Of a stretch of DNA of 64,000 nt, positions 48,484 through 56,159 are shown piece by piece. Positions within the stretch are counted from its first letter, which is position 1; the number at the start of each line of letters is the position of its first letter. The stretch comes from a virus. Location of the stretch: positions 72,335 to 136,334 of the IMG/VR virus record IMGVR_UViG_3300045988_120820, one strand, 5' to 3'. The translations under genes were made by a program, and so were the position numbers. Below the pieces are notes generated by a model that was not told the origin of the DNA, ran no database searches, and saw only the letters and a program-made list of their open reading frames with translations.

Positions 48484-49263
48484 TTAATCGTCTATTTCAA
48501 TTATATAATTGTATAACGCATTATATAATTTTTGTGGTATTTGATTTCTATAATAATCAGCTACCACCTTAATATTTTTCTCTTTATAATACTTGTAAAC
48601 TTGAAATGCCTTTTCTTGACTATTATAATAACCTAGATGTTCTTTTTTTGATTCGCCTGTTCCCATATTAATCATACGACAATGTACTTGATATTTACCG
48701 TTTTCAAGAGGACTTGTCCCTATAACTGAATCACCTCTTGATTTATCACATTTAACAAATAAAATATTAATTTTTTCTGGTACAAACATACAAGCTTCTG
48801 GACTATACATCTTGTTTTTCTTAACCAATATATCCTTGTCGAGACATATTCTCTCTCCTTTAATTTCATAATAGTTATCATAATACCACTTTGCAAAATT
48901 TTGAAAATTATGCCATTCATCACATACAATACAACCTTTATAAGTCGGATATTTTTCTTGATATTTTTCATCATAACATCTTCTTAACATATCGTGCCAT
49001 ATTTGATAACATTTGGTAATTTTACCATTTTCTTTTGTTTTATATTTTCCTTCGCCTAAATAACCTATTCGAAATATACTTTTGTCATATGGTGATTTTA
49101 TTTTACCTTTTTTAAAATCACCATATTGTGCTCCTTTAGTAGTATAATCATGTTTCGGAAAATATACATCTATATTATGACACCCTCTGTATTCAATAAT
49201 AATCATCTCATTACCAAAATTATTAATATTTTTCTCTCCTATCCTATCAATTTTCTTCGCCAT
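48484..49263 (-). CDS. AP2-like DNA-binding / homing-endonuclease-associated family protein (putative)
   Basis: IGYLGEGKY...YQIWHDMLRRCY...CDEWHNFQNFAKWY pattern and C-terminal GYYNSQEKAFQVYKYY (AP2-like). No catalytic motif recognised. Confidence 0.35.
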   Translation of the reverse strand: MAKKIDRIGEKNINNFGNEMIIIEYRGCHNIDVYFPKHDYTTKGAQYGDFKKGKIKSPYDKSIFRIGYLGEGKYKTKENGKITKCYQIWHDMLRRCYDEKYQEKYPTYKGCIVCDEWHNFQNFAKWYYDNYYEIKGERICLDKDILVKKNKMYSPEACMFVPEKINILFVKCDKSRGDSVIGTSPLENGKYQVHCRMINMGTGESKKEHLGYYNSQEKAFQVYKYYKEKNIKVVADYYRNQIPQKLYNALYNYIIEIDD

Positions 49264-49291
49264 ATTCTCTATCTCCCTTTATTAATTATTT

Positions 49292-49450
49292 TTACTTCGC
49301 ATAATTATTTATTTCATCAATTTTATATTCTATCCTTTCTAGTGAGAAAAACAATCTTTGTATACATTCCTTACTCTTGCCTTTTTTAATTGCTTGTTTA
49401 ATTTTCTCCTCTATTTTTATACTCCTGTCAATATTGGCTACTCTATTCAC
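49292..49450 (-). CDS. small coiled-coil protein (52 aa, hand-found)
   Basis: GTG at 49450, 10 nt after GGAGGTG. MNRVANIDRSIKIEEKIKQAIKKGKSKECIQRLFFSLERIEYKIDEINNYAK. Confidence 0.35.
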   Translation of the reverse strand: MNRVANIDRSIKIEEKIKQAIKKGKSKECIQRLFFSLERIEYKIDEINNYAK

Positions 49451-49451
49451 T

Positions 49452-49694
49452 TCATATCACCTCCAATTCATTTATTTTAAATACAAGCGATTCATACATA
49501 CTATCTAAAATACACTTATCATCTTCCATTGTTGTTATTGCCCAATCTTCATATTTAAATTGTCCTTTTATTTGTTTCTTTGCATATTCTTTCATTTTAT
49601 CTCTAGCTGTATTTTTATCTTTACAAACACATTTAATATCTTTCTGAACTCCTTCTTCGCTATAATATATTTCTGTGACAATATACACTTTCAT
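49452..49694 (-). CDS. hypothetical small protein
   Basis: The ATG at 49694 (MKVYIVTEIYY...) follows GGGGGTG. Confidence 0.5.
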   Translation of the reverse strand: MKVYIVTEIYYSEEGVQKDIKCVCKDKNTARDKMKEYAKKQIKGQFKYEDWAITTMEDDKCILDSMYESLVFKINELEVI

Positions 49695-49833
49695 GTTTAC
49701 ACCCCCTAAATTCAATTTTAAGCAATCCTATCTCTTTATTGAATAACTAATCCTATTTTCAATTAAAAGTTTTTAGAAAAGCTCTCATTAGATATTTTAG
49801 CTATATCTTGTTTAACCACTCCTTATATTACTA

Positions 49834-49866
49834 TATTAACATTACTGTGCAATAAATTACCTATGA
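49834..49866 (-). promoter_or_regulatory. class-2 promoter-like element, copy A
   Basis: - strand: CATAGGTAATTT-N11-ATGTTAATAT. Confidence 0.55.
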
Positions 49867-49915
49867 ATTTAAATTATTATTAATCTTTCGTATTTATGAA
49901 TGAAATGAATAAATT

Positions 49916-49960
49916 AAGAAAGAAGAGGAAAGAGTTTAATCGGTTTTGAATTAAACTCTT
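49916..49960 (-). terminator. rho-independent terminator
   Basis: 11-bp stem AAGAGTTTAAT/ATTAAACTCTT followed by TCCTCTTCTTTCTT on the - strand. Confidence 0.6.
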
Positions 49961-50240
49961 GACGAATAATTACAATTCTTTATCCCCTAGTCGTTCATAA
50001 TAATTAAAAACCAAATTATTACTCACTCCTTCCCCTTATCTCAATAATGGGAATTATTTTATTAATTATTTTTAATACTCTCTTATCTTATTCTTCTAAC
50101 CATTTTAAGAATAAATTTCTATCATCACTTTCTAAATAATCACTCAATCTTATCACTCCTACATCTTAGTTTCTAGTGTAATATTAATATATAACTAACT
50201 TAGGTTTAATATAGTTTTTTTATATTATTTCTCATTTTAG

Positions 50241-50292
50241 TACTGCACAAAATCTTGACCCACAGCTTATTTTACTGCACAAAATCTTGACC
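50241..50292. repeat. two perfect 20-nt direct repeats TACTGCACAAAATCTTGACC
   Basis: Copies at 50241..50260 and 50273..50292. The second overlaps the stop of 50292..51194. Confidence 0.85.
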
Positions 50293-51194
50293 TATGGTTT
50301 AATGACCAGTTGTTTACAAACATCTTTCATACATTGTATTTTATTACCTGCAAATAGAACTAATGGGTTAATCACAAAATAAGTTCTAAACTCTTTACCA
50401 TATTCAAAGGTATGTGCTCCAAATAAGTAATAATCATTACCTTGATAATTTATAGTAAAATTTAATAATGATTTCTTAAAAGCACTTATTGATTGCTTGT
50501 TATTTGCTGGAATATCTAGTAATTTCATAATGTCTCTTATTTCAGCTTTTTCATCATTAATTAAAATATGATTTGTATCAAAATCAACATAAGGTAATAG
50601 TTGTAAAACATATCCTAACTGTTTATGTTGTCTTGATGTGCAATGTTCATACAAATATCTAGTTGTATCTATGTAAAGTCTTATATAGTTATCTTTATTA
50701 TCCTTTATCTTACCTTTTGAAATATATTTTTCATTTATATAAAAAGCACCATCTTTTTCAGTTATTAATTCTTTAGATTTCATTTCTTTGATAAAATTAT
50801 AATAAGCCCTTTCACTTAGTTTCATCAATTTCATTATATCTTTGTTATTCATAGGTTTTATTTTTCCTTTTTCTTTTTTGACTAACATATTGCCATCTTT
50901 ATAGTTATAGCTTATATATGTAGCTAAATAAAGGAATCTACTTACATCTGCTGGATTCAGATTTAATTTATTATATAACAATTCATCTTTGACATAGAAT
51001 ACATGAACATATCCACCTAGAGTTTCAGCCATCTCACCCATAACATCCTTCTTTTGTAAATAATCTTTTTGTCCATCAGATAAGTCTTTTCTAGTTTGCA
51101 TTTCGATACTTTCACCCTTTTTAATAAAGACATTAGCTAATTCTTCACCTGTATCAACATTAATTGCTACAACTCTTTCGTATTTATTTTCCAT
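50292..51194 (-). CDS. winged-helix-like DNA-binding protein (replication or regulatory; unknown)
   Basis: LSERAYYNFIKEMKSKELITEKDGAFYINEKY looks wHTH-like. Direct repeats lie immediately downstream. Confidence 0.4.
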   Translation of the reverse strand: MENKYERVVAINVDTGEELANVFIKKGESIEMQTRKDLSDGQKDYLQKKDVMGEMAETLGGYVHVFYVKDELLYNKLNLNPADVSRFLYLATYISYNYKDGNMLVKKEKGKIKPMNNKDIMKLMKLSERAYYNFIKEMKSKELITEKDGAFYINEKYISKGKIKDNKDNYIRLYIDTTRYLYEHCTSRQHKQLGYVLQLLPYVDFDTNHILINDEKAEIRDIMKLLDIPANNKQSISAFKKSLLNFTINYQGNDYYLFGAHTFEYGKEFRTYFVINPLVLFAGNKIQCMKDVCKQLVIKP

Positions 51195-51221
51195 ATCATC
51201 ACCTCCTTTCTTATATTATTA

Positions 51222-51254
51222 TATTAACATTAGTTATTTAAAAATTACTTATGA
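51222..51254 (-). promoter_or_regulatory. class-2 promoter-like element, copy D
   Basis: - strand: CATAAGTAATTT-N11-ATGTTAATAT, 28 nt upstream of the 51194 start. Confidence 0.5.
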
Positions 51255-51475
51255 TTTTTATCTTTTCTCTTTTTAATTATAGCATCGTGAATTACTACCA
51301 TTAATAGTAATGTAATCATAGGGAGAAACATAATTCCTGTTAATGTTATTATGAAAGCCACCTCTCCAAATGCTTCACCAACTATAACTGAATATTTTAA
51401 AGCTTTAAATAATACAAATGCAGTTATCACAGCTCCTGATAATGTTGCACTATTTTTACCAGCATATCTCCACAT
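51245..51475 (-). CDS. small membrane protein (2 TM, basic C-terminus; holin-like topology)
   Basis: Two hydrophobic segments and a KKRKDKNHK tail. Confidence 0.5.
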   Translation of the reverse strand: MWRYAGKNSATLSGAVITAFVLFKALKYSVIVGEAFGEVAFIITLTGIMFLPMITLLLMVVIHDAIIKKRKDKNHK

Positions 51476-51510
51476 AATATCAACTCCTTTTTATTTATTT
51501 CTTATTTATG

Positions 51511-51543
51511 TATTAACATAACTGTATAAAAAATTACCTATGA
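51511..51543 (-). promoter_or_regulatory. class-2 promoter-like element, copy B
   Basis: - strand: CATAGGTAATTT-N11-ATGTTAATAC, 36 nt upstream of the 51475 start. Confidence 0.55.
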
Positions 51544-51646
51544 ATTACAAAAAATATGTTTGTCCTCCAAGATTTTTATTAAGTTTCTTTGACACCATTA
51601 CAAAAACACTCCGAATATATGTATTATTTTATAATTATATTTATAT

Positions 51647-51679
51647 AATTAACAACTAATAATGAAAAATTACCTATGA
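51647..51679 (-). promoter_or_regulatory. class-2 promoter-like element, copy C (degenerate box 2)
   Basis: - strand: CATAGGTAATTT-N12-TGTTAATT. Confidence 0.4.
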
Positions 51680-51793
51680 ATTATATTATTTAATATATAT
51701 AGTATTTAATTTAGTATTTAATAGTATTTAAGAAAGCTACTTCTATTGATATTCCTTGTATTCATCATATTATATATGAGTTTTAAAGGTTTT

Positions 51794-51968
51794 AATATGT
51801 GTTTTTAAGGGATATATATGTTAAATTAAGTATCATTTCGTTTATAAATATGTGTTTTTAAGGGCATTTTTATCTCCTTAATTACTCATAATAATTTAAA
51901 TATGTTAAAATAAGGGACTATTAATATGAGATATTAAGGGTTATAATATAACTATGAGAAATTAAGGA
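51794..51968 (+). repeat. iteron array upstream of rep (5 copies of AATATG-N7-TAAGGG)
   Basis: Copies at 51794..51811 and 51847..51864 are identical (AATATGTGTTTTTAAGGG). Degenerate copies at 51899, 51923 and 51951. The last overlaps the rep SD. Confidence 0.75.
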
Positions 51969-51977
51969 GGTTTTAAT

Positions 51978-52934
51978 ATGAGTAAAAATCAAATACTTAT
52001 GAAGAATAACACAATAGTTAGTGCTAGATATAACATATCTCTCATGCATAATAATATATTTATTTTCATATTGTATAAACTTCAGAAGGCTAAGTCTGGC
52101 AATGCATATTGCTATATAAGCAAACAAGAATTTCAAAATCTTATTTCAAATAAAACACAGAAAACAGTTCCAGGTATTAAAAAAGTATTAGATAATATGC
52201 TAGATGAAAAAATATATTTTAGAGAAGATGGTGAGTGGAGCTGTAAATATAGTATTATAGCTGGGTATGAATATAATAAAAAAGAAGATTTATTTAAAAT
52301 AGTTGTCATTGATAAAGTTTATCATCTTCTTATGAATTACAAAGCTTATACACCTATTAATATGAAAATATTTTTAACTTTAAAATCAATATATAGCCAA
52401 AGATTATATGACCTTCTTAGATTATGGAGTAATACAAAAGAAAATATAACATATGAACTAGACGAATTAAAAGATTTATTAATGTTAAACAACAAATATA
52501 ATTTGTATGCTGATTTTAAAAGAAATGTTCTTCAACGAGCTAAAAAGGAATTAAATAATACTGGAATGTTTGAATTATCATATACTGAAAATAAAAAAGG
52601 ACGAAGTGTAAAATCTATAACATTTCATGTAAAAGATTTAGATAAAAGAGTATATTTTAAAAAGAAACAAACTGAACAAATTTCACCATTGTCATACATT
52701 CCTAATAAGAGTTTAATATCAAATAATTGTATGTCGTCTCTTCAAAAAGATTTTGAGTTAATAGATTTCACGTATGAAGATATGAAACAGTCTTTTATTG
52801 AATCAGTCAATATAACATTATCTAAATTTAATGTAGATAAAATAGATTATAATGTATATCCTTACTTTAAAGCTGTGTTAAATAATAAAATTAAGTATTA
52901 TACTGACTTATTTATAAAGACAAGTATTTTTTAA
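51978..52934 (+). CDS. plasmid-type replication initiator (Rep_3/RepB family)
   Basis: N-terminal NTIVSARYNISLMHNNIFIFILYKLQ... and Y.QRLYDLLRLW motifs are typical of iteron-binding Rep_3 initiators. Iterons lie upstream. Confidence 0.75.
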   Translation: MSKNQILMKNNTIVSARYNISLMHNNIFIFILYKLQKAKSGNAYCYISKQEFQNLISNKTQKTVPGIKKVLDNMLDEKIYFREDGEWSCKYSIIAGYEYNKKEDLFKIVVIDKVYHLLMNYKAYTPINMKIFLTLKSIYSQRLYDLLRLWSNTKENITYELDELKDLLMLNNKYNLYADFKRNVLQRAKKELNNTGMFELSYTENKKGRSVKSITFHVKDLDKRVYFKKKQTEQISPLSYIPNKSLISNNCMSSLQKDFELIDFTYEDMKQSFIESVNITLSKFNVDKIDYNVYPYFKAVLNNKIKYYTDLFIKTSIF

Positions 52935-52942
52935 TTAATCTA

Positions 52943-52971
52943 TTGACAAAATATATTTTCCATGTTATCAT
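52943..52971 (+). promoter_or_regulatory. sigma-A-type promoter downstream of rep
   Basis: TTGACA, 17-nt spacer, TGtTATCAT. Confidence 0.5.
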
Positions 52972-53056
52972 GATATAGTACATTCTCATAAGAATTGCAA
53001 ATATCGCATATAACTTTAATTAAATTATTATATTTTATTTCCAAAATGTAATAATC

Positions 53057-53082
53057 AGCCCTTTTTAGGGCTTTTTCTTTTG
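53057..53082 (+). terminator. rho-independent terminator
   Basis: AGCCC-TTTTTA-GGGCT followed by TTTTCTTTTG. Confidence 0.7.
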
Positions 53083-53167
53083 TTTTTTATAAAAATAAGC
53101 AATTTTTCTTAATTTTTTAATGTTTTTTATGCATTTTTACTCATTTTTTTGCTAAAAATTTAGCATT

Positions 53168-53362
53168 TTATTCGTATTTTTTCTTAATAATTTCACCAAA
53201 TTTAGGAGGTTTTATTAAAATTTTCTCAAGTATTGACCTATCTTTATAAATTTCCATTGATGTTTCTAACTCCTCTAACGTATCTTCTTTAATTAATCCA
53301 CCAATTATTTCCATTCTATCTCTTGATTCCATCTTCCATTCTACTTCCCAAAGCTCTCTCAT
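53168..53362 (-). CDS. hypothetical small protein
   Basis: 64-aa ORF, last gene of the FtsK-like operon. Confidence 0.45.
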   Translation of the reverse strand: MRELWEVEWKMESRDRMEIIGGLIKEDTLEELETSMEIYKDRSILEKILIKPPKFGEIIKKKYE

Positions 53363-53374
53363 ACCATTAACCTC

Positions 53375-53557
53375 CTAAAATAATTTTTTAATTATTCTAT
53401 ATCCATATTCATATGAAGGATTTTTACTACATTTTTCTTTTAATTTATTTATTTCTTCTTCTATTTCTTTTTTATTTTTTGTTTCAATTTTATTCACATA
53501 AATATTTTCATATAAATCATCTCTATCTTCTATAGATTCATATAATGTATACTTCAT
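53375..53557 (-). CDS. hypothetical small protein
   Basis: 60-aa ORF. Its start overlaps the stop of the FtsK-like gene. Confidence 0.45.
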   Translation of the reverse strand: MKYTLYESIEDRDDLYENIYVNKIETKNKKEIEEEINKLKEKCSKNPSYEYGYRIIKKLF

Positions 53558-54687
53558 TATTTTACCTCCTCTTTCTTTTTACTATATTTTTCACTTATTT
53601 TTAATACAGTTTCTCTATCAATATAAAATGTCTGTATTTCTGTCCCATATTCTTCACAATCAAACACTCTCATATTTCCAGCTCCTCTTAATAAATGTAA
53701 ATATCCATAGTTAATTATCATATTAGACCTAATTTCATCTTTACATTTACCACCTATAACGATATTTATATTCTGTTTAGTTATATTAGGTAATATATCT
53801 TTAGAAGGTAATTGGGTAGTTAGTATTAGAAACACCCCTGCTCCTGCACCTCTACTAGCTATTAAAGCTAACATATTGTGAAAATCTTTATTCTTCATAT
53901 AAGAAGATAACTCCTCTATAACTATAAATCTAATAGGCATTTTTTTAAACTTTCTATATTGCCATATATCAGTACAATTTCTATAAGTAAACTGTTCATA
54001 TCTTTTATCTATATCTTGTATAGCATCAAATAATATATCTTCAGCTTCATCTCTATTTTCTGTATAATGAATTACATTTTTACAGTTTCTAAATTCAAAT
54101 AAATCTACTCTCTTTTCATTGATTAAATCTAACACAACGTCACATTTTCTTTTCATAACTAATTGAGATATAATAACTCTTAAACAATTAGATTTACCAC
54201 ATCTAGTAGCTCCTGCTAAATACATATGTGCATTAGAAGGCTCACTAAAATCAATATATCTAATACTACAATCTTCTAAATTAATTCCAATAGGTATTTT
54301 ATATCCTTTAGCTTTATGTTTTTCTAAATCAAAGTCAGCACACACTATCTCTTCCTTTTTAATTCTTAATTGAATATAATATCCATTCTTTTTAAAACTA
54401 ACATCTTCCTTTTCTTTATTTAATAAATGACAAAACTTATTCTTATTATTATTAAAATCGTCTATAGTCATCCCTGTAGGTATTATAAATTCATATATTT
54501 TATAGTTTTCGTCTTCCCATTTATTTCTTAACTTAGGTATATCTCCAGAAGCATTCTTCATATTGATATTATTAAAGAAATCAGTAAAATCAATATGTTT
54601 AATATTAAATATATCTAAAACTGATTTACATAATAATGTTATTGTATCCCAAATAGTATTTGTTAAAGGTTCTATTACATTACTCAT
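53557..54687 (-). CDS. FtsK/SpoIIIE-family DNA translocase-like ATPase
   Basis: Walker A GATRCGKSN, Walker B RFIVIEEL, RGAGAGVFLILTTQLPS signature. Confidence 0.75.
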   Translation of the reverse strand: MSNVIEPLTNTIWDTITLLCKSVLDIFNIKHIDFTDFFNNINMKNASGDIPKLRNKWEDENYKIYEFIIPTGMTIDDFNNNKNKFCHLLNKEKEDVSFKKNGYYIQLRIKKEEIVCADFDLEKHKAKGYKIPIGINLEDCSIRYIDFSEPSNAHMYLAGATRCGKSNCLRVIISQLVMKRKCDVVLDLINEKRVDLFEFRNCKNVIHYTENRDEAEDILFDAIQDIDKRYEQFTYRNCTDIWQYRKFKKMPIRFIVIEELSSYMKNKDFHNMLALIASRGAGAGVFLILTTQLPSKDILPNITKQNINIVIGGKCKDEIRSNMIINYGYLHLLRGAGNMRVFDCEEYGTEIQTFYIDRETVLKISEKYSKKKEEVK

Positions 54688-54805
54688 ATTATCATCTCCT
54701 TTTACTTAACTATATGCAAGTGTGTAGTAAATGTTTCCTAAATATTAAAAAAATATTTTAGTAACATTATTTAAATATATACATATACTATATTGAGGTG
54801 ATAAT

Positions 54806-55399
54806 ATGACGGAAAGAGATTTGAATGTATTAAACTTTATTAATTTAGTTACTATGTGTAGAACAGAACATATAAGAAACTTATTCTTTGCAGGATTAAC
54901 TAATACCACTTGGGATAGAAGAGCTAATAAATTAGTAGAATATAAGCAATTAAAACGCTTTAGAAGTGGAATATACAATAGAGAATATATTTATTATATT
55001 GAAAATAAACCTAACGAGAGATTACTTAGGCATGATATGTATATAACTGAATTAATATATAATTTATTATTACTAGGTGTAGAAATAATAAACGTAGATA
55101 GAAATGTTCAATTAGGTAATGTTATAGCAGATGGTTATATTATAATTAGATATAAAAAAGACAATACTATAATAAGGAAAGGTTTATTAATAGAAGTTCA
55201 ATTGCATGGTAGATTATCAGATTGTATAGATAAATATACAGATATTAATCCTATTAAAGAATATGTGATTGAACAAGGTATGCAAACTATTCCCTCTCTA
55301 CTTATTATAAGCGACTTACAGGGCAAGATTAGAAATAAAATTCTTAAAACTATGTGTGTAAACTGTAACTTAGAGTGTTTAGACAAGTGTATATTATAA
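54806..55399 (+). CDS. replication-relaxation family protein
   Basis: N-terminal wHTH-like LNVLNFINLVTMCRTEHIRNLFF and overall size match the pattern of that family. Confidence 0.55.
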   Translation: MTERDLNVLNFINLVTMCRTEHIRNLFFAGLTNTTWDRRANKLVEYKQLKRFRSGIYNREYIYYIENKPNERLLRHDMYITELIYNLLLLGVEIINVDRNVQLGNVIADGYIIIRYKKDNTIIRKGLLIEVQLHGRLSDCIDKYTDINPIKEYVIEQGMQTIPSLLIISDLQGKIRNKILKTMCVNCNLECLDKCIL

Positions 55400-55408
55400 T
55401 GTAAAATT

Positions 55409-55453
55409 GAGTGTGTGATACAGCTATTGCTTGTACTACACACTCTTTTATTT
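55409..55453 (+). terminator. rho-independent terminator
   Basis: GAGTGTGT...ACACACTC stem followed by TTTTATTT. Confidence 0.75.
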
Positions 55454-55467
55454 GGTATTTCAATGGT

Positions 55468-55497
55468 TTGACAAGGTAAAACTAATGGGTTTATATA
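55468..55497 (+). promoter_or_regulatory. sigma-A-type promoter reading into the ORF-free region
   Basis: TTGACA, 17-18 nt spacer, T(T)ATATA. Confidence 0.5.
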
Positions 55498-55795
55498 GAT
55501 GAATTAACATGAAATGGCGGTATATTATATCTGATTAAACCCGTATTTTCCCATTTATTTCCAATATATTAAATATACTATTAAATTCCCATTAAATCAA
55601 GTATTAATTTATAAACGTAAAATAACATATTTATAATATCATTTCCCGAGAGTAAGTACAATACGGTAATATCTAATTTTAATACTTTAAATTAGATAAA
55701 AATAAAGTATAATAAAAACTCATTTATTTCCTAGTATTCTTAATTTGTAAACATGTTGATGTTATAAAGATAGGAGTTTATAGAAATGGTTAAAA

Positions 55796-55900
55796 ATGTA
55801 ATTCGGTATTTTTTATGGCATGTAGTTGGTAAACTACTACACAGAATAAAATTTTTGTCAAGCCCTTCCGAATATGATACCACTCCCTAGATGTTGATAT
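55796..55900 (+). CDS. candidate 34-aa peptide (low confidence)
   Basis: AGGAG 9 nt upstream of the ATG. MVKNVIRYFLWHVVGKLLHRIKFLSSPSEYDTTP. Confidence 0.25.
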
Positions 55901-55944
55901 TTCAACATTTCTTGCCCTTTGAAAAAAAATTCCTTTGCCAAAAA

Positions 55945-55986
55945 GTACGATTAAGTATTAATTAATCGTACATTCTTAATTTTTTA
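55945..55986 (+). terminator. 10-bp hairpin plus T-run (terminator-like)
   Basis: GTACGATTAA...TTAATCGTAC followed by ATTCTTAATTTTTT. Confidence 0.45.
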
Positions 55987-55992
55987 AAGTGG

Positions 55993-56021
55993 TTGACTTG
56001 TCTAGGTGACGTGCTTATAAA
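55993..56021 (+). promoter_or_regulatory. sigma-A-type promoter firing into the DnaA boxes
   Basis: TTGACT, 17-nt spacer, TATAAA. Confidence 0.5.
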
Positions 56022-56036
56022 CACTATATCACATAG

Positions 56037-56067
56037 TTATCCACAGGTATTTTGCTATTTATCCACA
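56037..56067 (+). promoter_or_regulatory. two perfect DnaA boxes TTATCCACA, 22 nt apart
   Basis: 56037..56045 and 56059..56067, both followed by GG. Confidence 0.8.
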
Positions 56068-56159
56068 GGCTATTAATATATATAAATATATATACGAAAG
56101 CAAGTATTACTAATACTTACAACTACATTTCCGACTACATCTCAAGCTAACAACCTATA

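Larger units (their letters stand above)
1947..50069 (-). repeat. dispersed junction motif ATAATTAATAA, - strand set
   Basis: 16 perfect copies (read as TTATTAATTAT on +) starting at 1947, 6163, 7408, 18297, 19768, 20203, 23260, 30978, 31519, 34879, 40325, 45786 (intragenic), 46527, 46827, 49279 and 50059. Variants at ~16345, 36328, 36868, 40270 and 45128. Confidence 0.9.

Noticed and set aside
49975-50035. AACGACTAG 9-mer (shared with alpha introns) in the 49.7-50.3 kb intergenic region; considered as a degenerate seventh intron.
   Set aside because: It is an isolated short match with no flanking intron core, no interrupted gene on either side, and a terminator immediately downstream.
51921-55443. 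- strand ORFs 51921..52136, 54745..54978 and 55198..55443, and + ORFs in the same block that overlap annotated genes.
   Set aside because: They overlap the rep start/iterons or the replication-relaxation gene on the opposite strand, and they have no SD and no motifs.
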